The translations under genes and the position numbers were made by a program. Positions 42,571 through 56,122 of a stretch of DNA of 64,000 bases are shown here, one piece after another (the stretch's first letter is position 1; each line of letters opens with the position of its first letter). The DNA comes from Eledone cirrhosa (taxonomy: Eukaryota), in NCBI GenBank assembly GCA_964016885.1, contig OZ024741.1, positions 68,944,001-69,008,000 of the forward strand, read 5' to 3'. The notes under the pieces are model-generated. The model was not told where the DNA came from. It was given only the letters and a program-made list of their open reading frames with translations, and made no database searches.

Positions 42571-43253
42571 CTAGCATTAAAGCCCGGCATTGCTCGGGGT
42601 CAGTAAGTTACCAAAGTTAGGTTGCACCACCCATTTTATGGCAGCACATTTTTGTCTGCCAGGCACTGGGTGAATAAATTGCAGCCCTGGACTTTTGAAG
42701 CAGGAGCTGCGCCAGCAGTGACAATTGTAGTTTCGCCTATGGATATTATCTCTGTGCAAAGAAGTGTTGAAATGTATTGTTTCACAGTACTTGCGCAACA
42801 CGCACGTAGACGATGCCAGTCGAACAACAGAGCTGCGATGGAGTTGTTCTGCATGGTTGTCTAATGTGTGTTTTCTAAATTTAAGACAGTAGGGAGGGGT
42901 GTGATATGGGGGAGAGTTAGCTGCTGTTTCTACTAGGTTTAGTGACCTCATAGAGGCTATGTTTTCTAAATTTAAGACAGTAGGGAGTGGTGTGATATGG
43001 GGGAGAGTTAGCTGCTGTTTCTAGCAGGTTTAGTGACCTCATAGAGGATATTATTGTGTATAGTAAATGAACTGATACTTCTTTCTTCCACGTTCGTTGA
43101 TAGATGTTTTAAAAAAGATTTATCGGTATTTTTTTGGTTGTTAAATAAATTTATCTGGTGCTTTTGAATAATTGTTGTTTCGTATGAAATGTAATAAGTT
43201 CTCTTTGTCATTGAAGTAAATAAATGTTTGACCGTTCCACACTCAAACAGAAA

Positions 43254-43331
<78 letters not shown>

Positions 43332-43662
43332 GTTTGTAAGTTTAATCGTATATAAGAGTAAGTTGCAGCATGTATGTAGTTTTATCGAATTTTAAGGGGA
43401 GTAGAGAGAGGTTATCCGATTGTATTAGCCCTCTAATACAATCAGATAACCTCTGTCATGTATTTAGTTTTATAGATTATTTCCCTAATTCTGGGTGAGT
43501 TTGAATGAAATAAACATTCGTTGACCTAAGTTAGACCATTTACAAAATTCTTACTGACTTTGAGTCGTAGCGGTTTGAAATTGTGCAAATGTATAAACAT
43601 GGAACATGCATACACACACACACACAACATCAACAATCTGCCTTTTATATATATATTATAGA
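42571..43662 (-). mobile_element. Non-autonomous Helitron with both termini (about 1.09 kb)
   Basis: The minus strand begins A|TCTATAATATATATATAAAAGGC and ends CCCGAGCAATGCCGGG-CTTTAATG-CTAG|T. This gives a TC start, a subterminal hairpin, a CTAG end and an AT target without TSD. It contains a 91-bp-period direct repeat (42869-43047) and (TC)n at 43257-43326. Confidence 0.8.
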
Positions 43663-43667
43663 TTATG

Positions 43668-43975
<308 letters not shown>

Positions 43976-44237
43976 ATAATATATAACCAGCAATTTCTCT
44001 GTCTGTCTGTCCGACAGTGGAAACACGTGCGCGCGTGGTTGCTATCTCTCTCTCTCTCCAGCTATCCCTCTCTTTTAGTCTGTCTGTTTCTCTCACTCTC
44101 ACTCTTTCTCTTTGTAACGCACTAACGTTCCTCCTCTCTATCGCTGTGACGAATGGGGAGATGGAGGAGGAGGAGGAGGAGAGAGTCACAGCCTTTCTTT
44201 CTCTCCCCTCTCACTCCCTCATTACGTACAGACATTA

Positions 44238-44430
44238 GGGCGGTGGATTGGCAGAATCTGTAGAGAGTCGGACACCATGCTTCATAGCATGGAGTTACGT
44301 CCCTTTACGGTCTGAGTTCAAATACCGCCGAGGTTAACTTTGCCTTTCATCCTCACGGGGTCGATAAAATAAAGTACCAGTAATGTACTGGGTAATTGCT
44401 GGCCTTGTGCCAAAAGTAGAAACAATTATT
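44238..44430 (+). mobile_element. tRNA-derived SINE
   Basis: A-box-like TGGCAGAATCTG, B-box GAGTTCAAATACC and core GCCTTTCATCC...GGGGTCGATAAAATAAAGTACCAGT. Homologous copies lie at 52051, 56267 and 56668. Confidence 0.8.
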
Positions 44431-44548
44431 AGAAACATTGCTTCATTTTTACATATCTAAGCATTAGTAAAATAACTAATAATTTCAAAAGTAATGTTTC
44501 AATTCCAATTGTTATGAACAGCAAAACATTAAGAATAATTTTGTTCTA

Positions 44549-44673
44549 AGAAATATATATACATTTCTGTGTGTGTAATATATATGTATATACACACATA
44601 GAAATATATATACATTTCTGTGTGTGTAATATATATATATACACACAGAAATATATATACATTTCTGTGTGTG

Positions 44674-44720
<47 letters not shown>

Positions 44721-44793
44721 GAAATACATATACATTTCTGTGTGTGTAATATATATATATACACACAGAAATATATATACATTTCTGTGTGTG

Positions 44794-44862
<69 letters not shown>

Positions 44863-44899
44863 GAAATATATATACATTTCTGTGTATGTAATATATATA
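44549..44899. repeat. Tandem palindromic minisatellite ACACACAGAAAT-ATATATAC-ATTTCTGTGTGT separated by variable (TA)n
   Basis: About six copies, each a hairpin with 12-bp arms. Confidence 0.85.
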
Positions 44900-44993
44900 T
44901 AGACTAGAACTGTTTCATTCTTGAGAAATCACCAGGAATATATATATATAAGAGGGTGTTAAAGTTTGCTTGAAGCATTGTGAAATGTGTAAA

Positions 44994-45503
44994 ATACGTA
45001 GTTTAGAAAGCCACAACAATGCAGATGGGAAATCTCGAGGTAGGAAGTGAATGATAGATAGGAGAAATAGGAGAAAGTGAAAATTGAGAGAGACAAAGAT
45101 GAAAACAAAACAAAGGTAGAAAGGTTACCGTAGTGGAGATTTAATCCCAATATTTCGGGCTCACGCCAATCAACGGGGGAAAGTTCCAAAAGGGGGGGAA
45201 CAGGCTAAGCCGGAGAAAGTTGTGATGTCGTTAAAACAGGAATGCCATTATAACGGCATTCCTGTTTTAACGACATCACAACTTTCTCCGGCTTAGCCTG
45301 TTCCCCCCCTTTTGGAACTTTCCCCCGTTGATTGGCGTGAGCCCGAAATATTGGGATTAAATCTCCACTACGGTAACCTTTCTACCTTTGTTTTGTTTTC
45401 ATCTTTGTCTCTCTCAATTTTCACTTTCTCCTATTTCTCCTATCTATCATTCACTTCCTACCTCAAGATTTCCCATCTGCATTGTTGTGGCTTTCTAAAC
45501 TAC

Positions 45504-45507
<4 letters not shown>
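44994..45507. repeat. Spacer-less 514-bp palindrome with 257-bp arms (fold-back element)
   Basis: Centre at 45250/45251 (TTA|TAA). The ORF track gives near-identical peptides on both strands, and only two arm mismatches were seen. A degenerate hammerhead-like motif TCCC-CCGTTGA-TTGGCGTGAGCCC-GAAA-TATT-GGGA lies at 45321-45356. Confidence 0.93.
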
Positions 45508-45557
<50 letters not shown>

Positions 45558-45560
<3 letters not shown>

Positions 45561-45630
45561 TTAGTTTCAGAATATCCCGTTAAGGGTGAAAGCAGCGATT
45601 CTTTGCTTAAACTTTAATCTTTTATTTTAA
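45558..45630 (+). mobile_element. Family C fragment (CAGAA-A...CCC GTTAA GGG T GAAA GCAGC)
   Basis: Matches 54714-54785 (minus strand) and both arms of 57355-57483. Confidence 0.75.
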
Positions 45631-46225
45631 TAAATAAATATATATATATATATATATAAAAATGTACGTATGTAATATATTAATAATATATATATAATGT
45701 ATGTATATATAATATATAATATATATATATGTTAGTAAATACGAAGAAATATTTATACTATTGCACACACATATAATATATATGTTATGTCGTCGACCAC
45801 TGATTCCAACAACCAGCGTTCTAGGCCAGCACGTGACACCTGCGTTCCCAGCCATGGCATGCGCGACCTTGGAGTAGTTACCATGGAGATCTAGCCAGAC
45901 ACAGCCGAGTTCTTTGAATTTACAGACGACAACTTTAAGACTGGCTTTTGGTGTTTTAACCAACTCACTGGGGCTGAGCATATAATATATATATATATGT
46001 GTGTGTGTGTGTTATATGTGTGTGTGCGTGTGTGTGTGTGTGTGTTATATGTGTGTGTATGCGCGTGTGTGTGTGTATTATATGTGTGTGTTATATGTGT
46101 GTGTGTATGTGTGTGTGTATGTGTGTGTGTATGTGTGTGCGTGTGTGTGTTATATATGTGTGTGTGTGTTATATGCGTGTTCGTGTGTGTGTTTTATATA
46201 TGGGTGTGTGTTATATGTGTGTGTG

Positions 46226-46284
<59 letters not shown>

Positions 46285-46285
46285 T

Positions 46286-47524
46286 ATATCACGATAAATT
46301 AACGGAGGCATAGGCCGTCGTTATTCCCTGTAAATAATGTGCTCAAAGGGGAAGAGATCCTGAGCCCTTTAAAATATAATATGTTGAGAAGGTAACACAC
46401 CAGAGAGAGATATATAGTGCGTTATCAATAATACAGGGAAAAAACCACCAGTGTATGGAATTTATAACCTATGAAAGGCAGACTATAGACACGATAATTA
46501 AAAATATAAATTAAAGCGTAAATAAATACCTTTATAACTATATAACACACGTACAAATCCAAAGATATGTTTCACCAGAAAATTTGTTGAAAAAAATGGT
46601 CTAGTCACGGTTCATCAGCGTGTGTAAGGCCATACATTTCAGACAACACTAAGAGAATTTTACAATTGACTGTCCAGCTACACGTGGGAGAGAGAAGTCA
46701 CAGCGTGTTTAAGGGCAGTGAACCAGTGGCCTCTGAGAGACGAACTGCTAGAAAGGGCAGCCCAAAGCCACTCAGAGAAGTGTGCTCAACCAAACAGAGA
46801 TAGGAAAGACTGTTGTTAGGAGCGAAATATCACGATAAATTAACGGAGGCATAGGCCGTCGTTATTCCCTGTAAATAATGTGCTCAAAGGGGAAGAGATC
46901 CTGAGCCCTTTAAAATATAATATGTTGAGAAGGTAACGCACTATATATCTCTCTCCAGTGTGTTACCTTCTCAACATATTATATTTTAAAGGGCTCAGGA
47001 TCTCTTCCCCTTTGAGCACATTATTTACAGGGAATAACGACGGCCTATGCCTCCGTTAATTTATCGTGATATTTCGCTCCTAACAACAGTCTTTCCTATC
47101 TCTGTTTGGTTGAGCACACTTCTCTGAGTGGCTTTGGGCTGCCCTTTCTAGCAGTTCGTCTCTCAGAGGCCACTGGTTCACTGCCCTTAAACACGCTGTG
47201 ACTTCTCTCTCCCACGTGTAGCTGGACAGTCAATTGTAAAATTCTCTTAGTGTTGTCTGAAATGTATGGCCTTACACACGCTGATGAACCGAGACTAGAC
47301 CATTTTTTTCAACAAATTTTCTGGTGAAACATATCTTTGGATTTGTACGTGTGTTATATAGTTATAAAGGTATTTATTTACGCTTTAATTTATATTTTTA
47401 ATTATCGTGTCTATAGTCTGCCTTTCATAGGTTATAGATTCCATACACTGGTGGTTTTTTCCCTGTATTATTGATAACGCACTATATATCTCTCTCTGGT
47501 GTGTTACCTTCTCAACATATTATA
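46286..47524. mobile_element. Partial-tandem (541-bp period) element folded back into a palindrome of about 1.15 kb
   Basis: 46286-46396 recurs at 46827-46937 (offset 541). 46375-46937 is inverted at about 46960-47524. CTGATGA(47281)-ACC...GGT-GAAAC(47326). Flanked by (TA)n. Confidence 0.9.
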
Positions 47525-47958
47525 TATATTAAATATATATTATATATGTATATTATGTCTGTCTCTAAATATATACATATATATAGGTTTAAGTGTGTAT
47601 GTGCGTGTGTATGTGTGTGTTAGCGTGTGTGCATATGTGCGTATGTATGAGTGTGTGTATGGTATGTGTGTGTGTTAGCGTATGTGTCTGTATGCGTGTG
47701 TGTCTGTCTGTGCGTGTGTCTGTGTGTATCTGTGTAAGTGTTTGTGTGTGTGTGTGTGTGTGTACAGGAATTCATAAGTTTCCTAAAATATGTCTGTATG
47801 CTTAATTTTTCTTAAAAATTATAAACTGGTTCTTCCTGTCAGAGATAATAATCTGATTTGAGAATAATGCATCTCAAAATATGAACATGGGTGTATATAT
47901 ATATATGTATGTGTGTGTGTGTCTGTGTTTGTGTTTGTGTGTGTGTTAAATATATATC

Positions 47959-48301
47959 GACTAGCAGAAAACCACCCACCGGGTGGTTTTCTGCTAGTCT
48001 ATATATATAAAACTGAGGATGTCTGTCTGTGTGTGTGTGAGTTTGAATCCTTAAAACTCGAGAACCATCCAACCGACTGTTTTCAAACTTTACACATATA
48101 ATACTTATGTTTCAGGGGGTGTTCTGAGCAAAAGAAATTTCGAATTTTCAATGCCCTAGGGATTTAGCGATTTAGCGATCTCTCTCTATAATTCTTAGTC
48201 TTTCTCTTTCTAGATAGATACATACATATAACGTCGCGCCCTTATAATATCTGTCTGTATGTCTGAATGTCTGCATTACGTCACTTCCCTGAGGATGTCT
48301 G

Positions 48302-48335
<34 letters not shown>

Positions 48336-48800
48336 TGTCTGTCTGTGAGTTTGAATCCCTAAAACTCGAGAAGTACCCAACCGCCTTTTTTCAAACTTTA
48401 CATGTGTATTACTTATGTTTCAGGGAGTGTTATGCACATAAAACTTTTTGATCCCCTAGGGCCCGCATTAGTTGAAAAACTGCGTTTTTTCAGGTTTGTA
48501 GGGGTTTCTTGAGTCGTTACGTCAGACTGTTTTCCTTGAAATTGTAACTATGTATTAGTCAGTCTCTTCTTCATACCGTGAGCAAAGAAAATCCAACTTT
48601 TTTATGGTCTAGGGCCCACATTAGGTGAAAAACTTCATTTTTTCAGCTTTTTAGAGCTTTTTTGAGGCGTTACGTCTAGCCGATTTTCCCGAAATTTCAA
48701 GGCACATAAAAAGGCATTATGCACATAAAAAATTCATTTTCTTGATCCCCATCGTATTAGGTGAAAACCTGCATTTTTCCTGCTTCATCGAGGAAAATCT
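47959..48800 (+). mobile_element. Helitron-like element preceded by a palindromic 3'-end/5'-end junction
   Basis: GACTAGCAGAAAACCACCC acc GGGTGGTTTTCTGCTAG|TCTATATATATAAAACTGAGGATGTCTGTC. The 5' segment is repeated at about 48289-48440. The distal end is approximate. Confidence 0.6.
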
Positions 48801-49162
48801 TAAAGATTATCCAACCATGATAACGTGATATTCCTTGTTCGATCGTTATACACAAAGCTTATATTTTTAAGCAGACTCTATTTTGATTTAGGTGTCACAG
48901 AAACTCTACATCGGATTTTAACAGCAAATCCGGGAGTCCAGGTCTGGTTATCACTTATTTTTTATCATTTATTTTGTTTTTACCTGTTTAGCTTGATTTG
49001 GTTTTTGGCTTGGGTGGTTAATGCTTTCTTGACCACCTTTTCAGTTTTGTATGGCTTCTTAACACATTGTTTAGCTCTGGTTTTTAACTATTGAGCACTT
49101 TGTCAGTATCATTTCTGATTTTTGCGTTTCGCTTCGCTTTTCCTGCCCGCCGAAAATGCGAT

Positions 49163-49392
<230 letters not shown>

Positions 49393-49760
49393 GCTGTTTG
49401 TAAGGGAAAATACACCTAACTATGCCATTCATTTCCAATTTTTCCATTCTACTCTTACCATACTAACTATTACTCTTACCATTCCTTCGTAACAACGCCC
49501 CCCTCCTTCCTTTACTATGCGTGTTAATACTTTTCGTGGTTTTTAGTATTTCCAACTCCGAATATGTTTGCACTTGTCAATATGTATTTCTCTCAATCTA
49601 ATTCGCTATATTTCTGGTTTAGAATGAATGTCTCTTTTTCTGACTATTTCTGGCTATTTCTACATCTTACATTTTCTAGTAACATCTTCAGCTTTTTCGC
49701 CCTCTCCATCTCTCTCTATATATATATAGATGTGTGTGTGTGTGTGTGAGTGTGTGTGAC

Positions 49761-49792
<32 letters not shown>

Positions 49793-49799
49793 ATATATG

Positions 49800-50062
49800 G
49801 TATAAGACAACAAAAGAGAGACATAAAATAAAAACCCACTCACTGAGGAGGTCACAGGATGTGTGACAAAAGAGCTTTGACAATATATAAACAACCATCT
49901 GGTTATCGAACCAACCAACCAACCAATGGGAAATTTATAATAAATTGAAGTGAAAGGTGCGTGTGTTTTTATTGGCAGCATGACCCTGCCAGAATATAAC
50001 AATATCTGTTTCAACACAGGTTTTCAGATAAGAAATCTTGTAAAACAAATTCAAAAATGAAG
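49800..50062 (+). mobile_element. Family B interspersed repeat with a hammerhead-like motif
   Basis: CTGAGGA(49843)-G-GTCACA ggatg TGTGAC-AAAA. The downstream body matches 53505-53672, 61515-61600 and 63815-64000. Confidence 0.7.
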
Positions 50063-50083
50063 TATATATATGTGTGTGAGAGA

Positions 50084-50226
50084 GAAGAAGAAGAAGAAGA
50101 AGAAGAAGAAGAAGAAGAAGAAGAAGAAGAAGAAGAAGAAGAAGAAGAAGAAGAAGAAGAAGAAGAAGAAGAAGAAGAAGAAGAAGAAGAAGAAGAAGAA
50201 GAAGAAGAAGAAGAAGAAGAAGAAGA
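50084..50226. repeat. Pure (GAA)n trinucleotide tract
   Basis: About 47 uninterrupted units. Confidence 0.97.
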
Positions 50227-50850
50227 TATTAGTACCACTGATGATGTCACGTGTGTGATGAAAGAACTTTGATAGACTATATATATATATATTTATATAT
50301 ATATTTTTAACCGTTGGTCAATCAAAAACTAGATTAACTAGATTAACTATAGGGACATAAAATATACAGAAGCGAAAACCAACCCAAACCAAACTTTAAT
50401 TATCTCTCTTCGAGTTGCTCACACACTCTTCGGTTTGTTGTTTCCCGTTTTTTGGGGTTTTTTATCCGCTGTTTTTCTCTTTTCTCTTTTCTTCCCTTTT
50501 CCCTTCTGTTCTATGCTTTCTTTCTCTCCCACCTTTGTTTTCCCAATAACTTACCTAGTTATTGAACGCACTGGGGTAAGATATCTTGTCTTTAATGCGT
50601 AGAAATATCCGATACCCCCAGCAGACAACTGATGAAGGAAAACTTTCTCCCGTACATGCTTTCTTGCTTTCTTCTTATTTTTAAGTATACCTTCCATCAA
50701 CTACACAGCCTCCTCTCTTCTTCATATATTTTATATATATTTATTAAAATAACAGATTAAAGTTTTGCTCTACGGTTCTTATATATTTGATATATATTTA
50801 TCCTTATCGAGCCCTCTTTGGATTTTAATCTTCAAATTTATTATTATTAC

Positions 50851-50917
<67 letters not shown>

Positions 50918-50923
<6 letters not shown>

Positions 50924-51400
50924 AATGAATAATAACAGGTAGACATCATAAAAAGGTAATTTATTCCGAGTGCTTACAAATGTTTCAACAGTAGTTATAC
51001 AGCCTAGTCATGCTATGTGCAAATTGATAATTATTTGATTATCAATTATGATAATTTTCAAATGCTGTCACTACCATTCTGCTCTGAGGAAATGGTAGTG
51101 ACAGCATTTGAAAATTGAGTTTCTGTAATCAAATAATTATCAATTTGCACATAGCATCACTAGGCTGTATAACTACTGTTGAAACATTTGTAAGCACTCG
51201 GAATAAATTACCTTTTTATGATGTCTACCTGTTATTATTCATTCTTTATCTACACTCCGGAATACAGAAGGATCAGAAACTGAGTTTTTCCGACTATTCT
51301 TCCATAACTCGTTGAGTAACCCCTCACCGTACGTCAACTCTATCTAGTATTAACCATTACTGCATTCAGGATAACCCTGAGCATTTCTTGCATAACCTAA
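50918..51400 (+). mobile_element. Fold-back element (arms about 160 bp) whose 12-nt loop holds the hammerhead core
   Basis: Arms 50918-51078 and 51091-51249. GCT-CTGAGGA(51084)...GAAAC(51181) ATTT GTA-AGC, then AATAAA at 51202. The tail runs to (TA)n. Confidence 0.85.
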
Positions 51401-51424
51401 CATATATATATATATATATATATA

Positions 51425-51513
<89 letters not shown>

Positions 51514-51699
51514 AAGCAGGATAAAGATGATTTTTATAATAGCCTGCTGAGATGCAAATCTGGCTGATCAGTGGATCTGCTAATATGCAGATCTGACTGA
51601 TCAGCCAGTCTGCTAATATGCAAATCGGGCCTATCAGTCACTGTGTATTTTGAAGATAGCATATATTTTCACTAGCTCTAACAGTTTGGCAGGTAAACA

Positions 51700-51917
51700 G
51701 TGAGCTGTACTGATGAACGGTGATACCCAGAAACATTAGTGTCAGCAGTTCTGTTCGCATGCCAACATAAGAGCAAGAAGGAAGTGTTCATTCTACTGAC
51801 ATGGCTATAAAATTGAGGCTTGTTTGCATAATTGCAAACGAATCGAATGTTATTATTAATATTCGAAAAACTCAGATTACATTCATTGTATTCAGCCATG
51901 TAGAGCGACATTTTCTT

Positions 51918-51920
<3 letters not shown>
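51700..51920 (+). mobile_element. Family D element with a hammerhead motif
   Basis: CTGATGA(51710)...GAAACA TTAG TGTC(51743). The body matches 63590-63738 and 58932-58990. It is preceded by three repeats of about 33 bp (51545-51640). Confidence 0.7.
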
Positions 51921-51958
<38 letters not shown>

Positions 51959-52050
51959 GTAATCTGAGTTAAATACGCCAGCTCCGTCAACTTCTTATTA
52001 TACACACACACACACACACACAAAATGGTGAGAAGGAGGAAATCTAAAAC

Positions 52051-52108
52051 TAATAATTATTTCTACTTTTGGCACAAGGCTAGCAATTATCCAGTACATT
52101 ACTGGTAC
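52051..52108 (-). mobile_element. SINE 3' fragment
   Basis: The reverse complement matches 44375-44430. Confidence 0.75.
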
Positions 52109-52624
52109 TAATCTAGAAATCTAGAACTAATAATATTGCCAAAATGGAAATAAGACTTAGGAAGAAAAGGATTTCTAAACGAAAAGCAACACTGAAAGCC
52201 GAGTGATATATTCTTAAATACCATGTCAGTGCTGCAACATGCAACACGTACGAAAAATGAAATCAACGTGTACATGTGTTAGTGTGAGTGAGAGTGTGTG
52301 TGTGAGAGAGAGAGAGTGATATGTGTGGGGAGGGGTTATGTGAGGGCGCATGTGTGAGAGTGTTTATGTGTCTGTATGTGTGTAAGAGAGAGTAAATATT
52401 GTTTGTTGTTAAACAATCTCAAACTGATAATTATTTAGAGGGTAAGCGCGCTTTCACAACCATTACGTAATACACATACATACACACATACACACATGCA
52501 CGCCTACGCACACACATATATACACACATACAGACATACACACATACACACATACATACTTACACATACACATACAGCCACGATGCTGCAACGTGGTAAG
52601 AAGATCCTGACCAGCTGCTATCAC

Positions 52625-52689
<65 letters not shown>

Positions 52690-52722
52690 CAGCAGCAGCA
52701 CGAGCAGCAGTAGCAGCAGTAG

Positions 52723-52755
<33 letters not shown>

Positions 52756-52971
52756 CAGCGGCGATGGTGGTGGTGGTGGTAGCGGTGGTGTTATTGGTGG
52801 TGTTGGTGGTTGTGGTGGTGGCGGTGGTGGTGATGGTGTTAGTGAGGGTGGTGGTGGTGGCAGCGGCGGCGGTGGTGTTAGTGGTGGTGCTGGTGGTGGT
52901 GGTGGTAGTGTTAGTGGTGGTGGTGGTAGTGGTGGTGGTGCTGGTGCTGGTGCTGGTGGTGGCGGTGGTGT

Positions 52972-53018
<47 letters not shown>
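52625..53018. repeat. Compound (TAG)n/(CAG)/(TGG)n/(TAG)n trinucleotide microsatellite
   Basis: Directly visible; it generates the poly-S/T/V/G ORFs. Confidence 0.95.
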
Positions 53019-53199
53019 AACATATTGATTTTGATAATGAGACATCAGGGTGAGGTAGAGGAGGTCTGAGTGAAAAGAGGGGATATGTAAGAAATGAGAG
53101 CTAGGTAGGTTTTTTGGGGCCATGTGTTGACATTTCAAATAATATATATTCTTTCAATCATTTATCAATAGATATGTATGTATAATGGAGTATATATAC

Positions 53200-53302
<103 letters not shown>

Positions 53303-53376
53303 GTATGTATCTATGTATAATATATATATATATATATATACCTTTTATATATATATATATATAGAGAGAGAGATGG

Positions 53377-53418
<42 letters not shown>

Positions 53419-53504
53419 AGGTTTGTATGTATGTATAATATATATATATATATATATACCTTTTATATATATATAGAGAGAGAGAGAGAGAGATGGATAG
53501 ATAA

Positions 53505-53672
53505 ATATATATTGTTATACTTTGGAAGAGTCATGCCTTCAATAACAACACCTGTTGGTTTTCACTTCAACTTGTTACAAATTTCCGGTTGGTTGGTTCA
53601 ATAACCAGCAATCTATGTTTCAACACACGTTTTCACATAAGAAATTTTGCAAAACAAATTCAAAAACGAAGT
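53505..53672. mobile_element. Family B copy with an inverted first half
   Basis: 53505-53608 matches about 49898-50005 in reverse, and 53608-53672 matches 50000-50062 forward. Confidence 0.7.
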
Positions 53673-53745
53673 ATATATATATATGTATGCATTTTTGTAT
53701 GTATGTATGTTTGTGTGTGTATGTGTGTGTATATATATATATATC

Positions 53746-53792
<47 letters not shown>

Positions 53793-53802
53793 ATATATGT
53801 GC

Positions 53803-53910
<108 letters not shown>

Positions 53911-54479
53911 TAAAAAAAAAAAATTAATAAGTCAAATGTTTAAAATTTGGCTTCGTTTATTACTGCTATATATATTTCAGTGACAGCCATCTTTGGCTGT
54001 GACCTCTTCACGCAGTCCGAATTAGTGTGGTAGAGACGAGTACACATGTTGTTGAGGTGTATAACTTTGTCAATACTCTGATATGCCCAGTTCCTGGTTG
54101 GGTTGTTATTTCACTGAGGAACTGGAATATATATATATATATTAGAAAGTGAGGTCTTTTTACAAAATGAAAAATAACCGAGGTGTCCTACACGAGTGAA
54201 AGTATAAAGAAAAAAGGATGAAATCGAAAATGCAACTGGAGTCTTATTTTAAATAAAATATATATATTTATTTGGTTCCTTTACCGGTTTCGCAGTTCTT
54301 CTGCTTTTCAAAAGTAGAGTTGAGACGGAGGGTCTGTGGTTTTTCTCATATATATATATATATATACACACACACATGCAATATATAAATATATGTGTAT
54401 ATATATATGTGTGTATATATATTCCAAAAACATACTTACATGTTTACGTTTATAATTTGCTTATATATATATATATATT

Positions 54480-54670
54480 TATATTGTACGTTATTCCGGG
54501 TTGAATCGGAGGTAACCACAGTAAGTAAGGTATTCAATACATAGCAGAGTATAAAAGTTTTAATATAGATGAGATTCTACAGGACTAGAACTGTTTCATT
54601 CTTTAGAAATCATCTGATGATTTCTAAAGAATGAAACAGTTCTAGTCCTGTAGAATCTCATCTATATTAA

Positions 54671-54674
<4 letters not shown>
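54480..54674. mobile_element. Fold-back element with perfect 59-bp arms centred on the hammerhead core
   Basis: Palindrome 54556-54674 with centre 54615 (CATC t GATG). CTGATGA-TTTCT aa AGAAT-GAAAC AGTTCTA GTC. A related fragment lies at 44901-44938. Confidence 0.88.
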
Positions 54675-54719
<45 letters not shown>

Positions 54720-54968
54720 TAACAGATTAAAGTTTAAGCAAAGAATCGCTGCTTTCACCCTTACGGGATCTTCTGAAACTAACAAAGTCAATCTGTAAAC
54801 GCAGAAGTGGATATTTCAAAAAACGTTGCAACCGGAGGAAGACGGGAAGACGATACTTTGGTTCGTGGAAACGTTCGCTGGCAAATAACGGGAAAAAACG
54901 AATAATACGTCATTAATAGGAGCGGTGAAAAACAATTACGCGCAAAGACAGAACCACGTTATTATTAT

Positions 54969-55020
<52 letters not shown>

Positions 55021-55021
<1 letters not shown>

Positions 55022-55143
55022 ATGGCTGCAAACTCTGCTAAGAATACTGCCATTGCTTCCAAGATTATAGAGTTTGGTGCACGTTAAGGCTACGGCCACC
55101 CACACGAACCTGTAACATATCCTGAAGAAGCAATGCCTGTGCC
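55021..55143 (-). mobile_element. LINE-like 3' end fragment related to 62446-62780
   Basis: Shares GGCACAGGCATTGCT and a GCAGCCAYC terminus followed by a microsatellite tail. Confidence 0.5.
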
Positions 55144-55149
55144 TATATC

Positions 55150-55550
<401 letters not shown>

Positions 55551-56122
55551 TATATATATATATAGTTCAAGAATAAACAAGAATCACAGATATGCAAAAA
55601 CACAAAGTCTTACTAGGTTCAAGCTTGGGAAGAAAGAAATGGAATTTCAACGTATCGGACATGAGTCCTTCTTCAGAAATTAGCAATGTTCGGAGAGAAA
55701 GAAAAAGTTGGAACAAAGGAGATTGGAAGGATAGAAAAACATTTTACGATACCTAGGATGGGTAGATGAGTAATCCAGCGGTGCAGGGTTGCAGTACGAA
55801 CGAGATGGAATGTCCAGGTGTGTCATAGGTGATGTTACATGAATGCATATGGTGTGCATTTCGTAGGTGTGCATTATTACTTCTATATGTATATGTGGTT
55901 TGTGTATCGTTAATGGAAATTTGCGTGTGTGTGTATCTGCGTGTCGGTGAATATTTTATGTAGTTTTTTAGTCTCTATATATTGTGTGTCTGTGAATTTT
56001 TCTTTTATATTTTGTGTGCGCGTATATACTCACACACATATATATATATATGTATATATATTCTTTTATTTATTTATCCTTTCCAGCCATCCGACTGAGG
56101 CCATGCTGCAGCACCGCCCTTG

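Noticed and set aside
44959-45617. Apparent duplicated divergent gene pair (MELSPVDWREPE...)
   Set aside because: The pair is a by-product of the 514-bp palindrome, starts at TTG and shows no recognisable protein features.
50011-50272. Poly-E, poly-K and poly-S ORFs
   Set aside because: They are readings of a (GAA)n microsatellite.
52463-53069. Mucin-like poly-T and Gly/Ser-rich ORFs
   Set aside because: They derive from a compound trinucleotide microsatellite flanked by dinucleotide repeats, with no splice or domain evidence.
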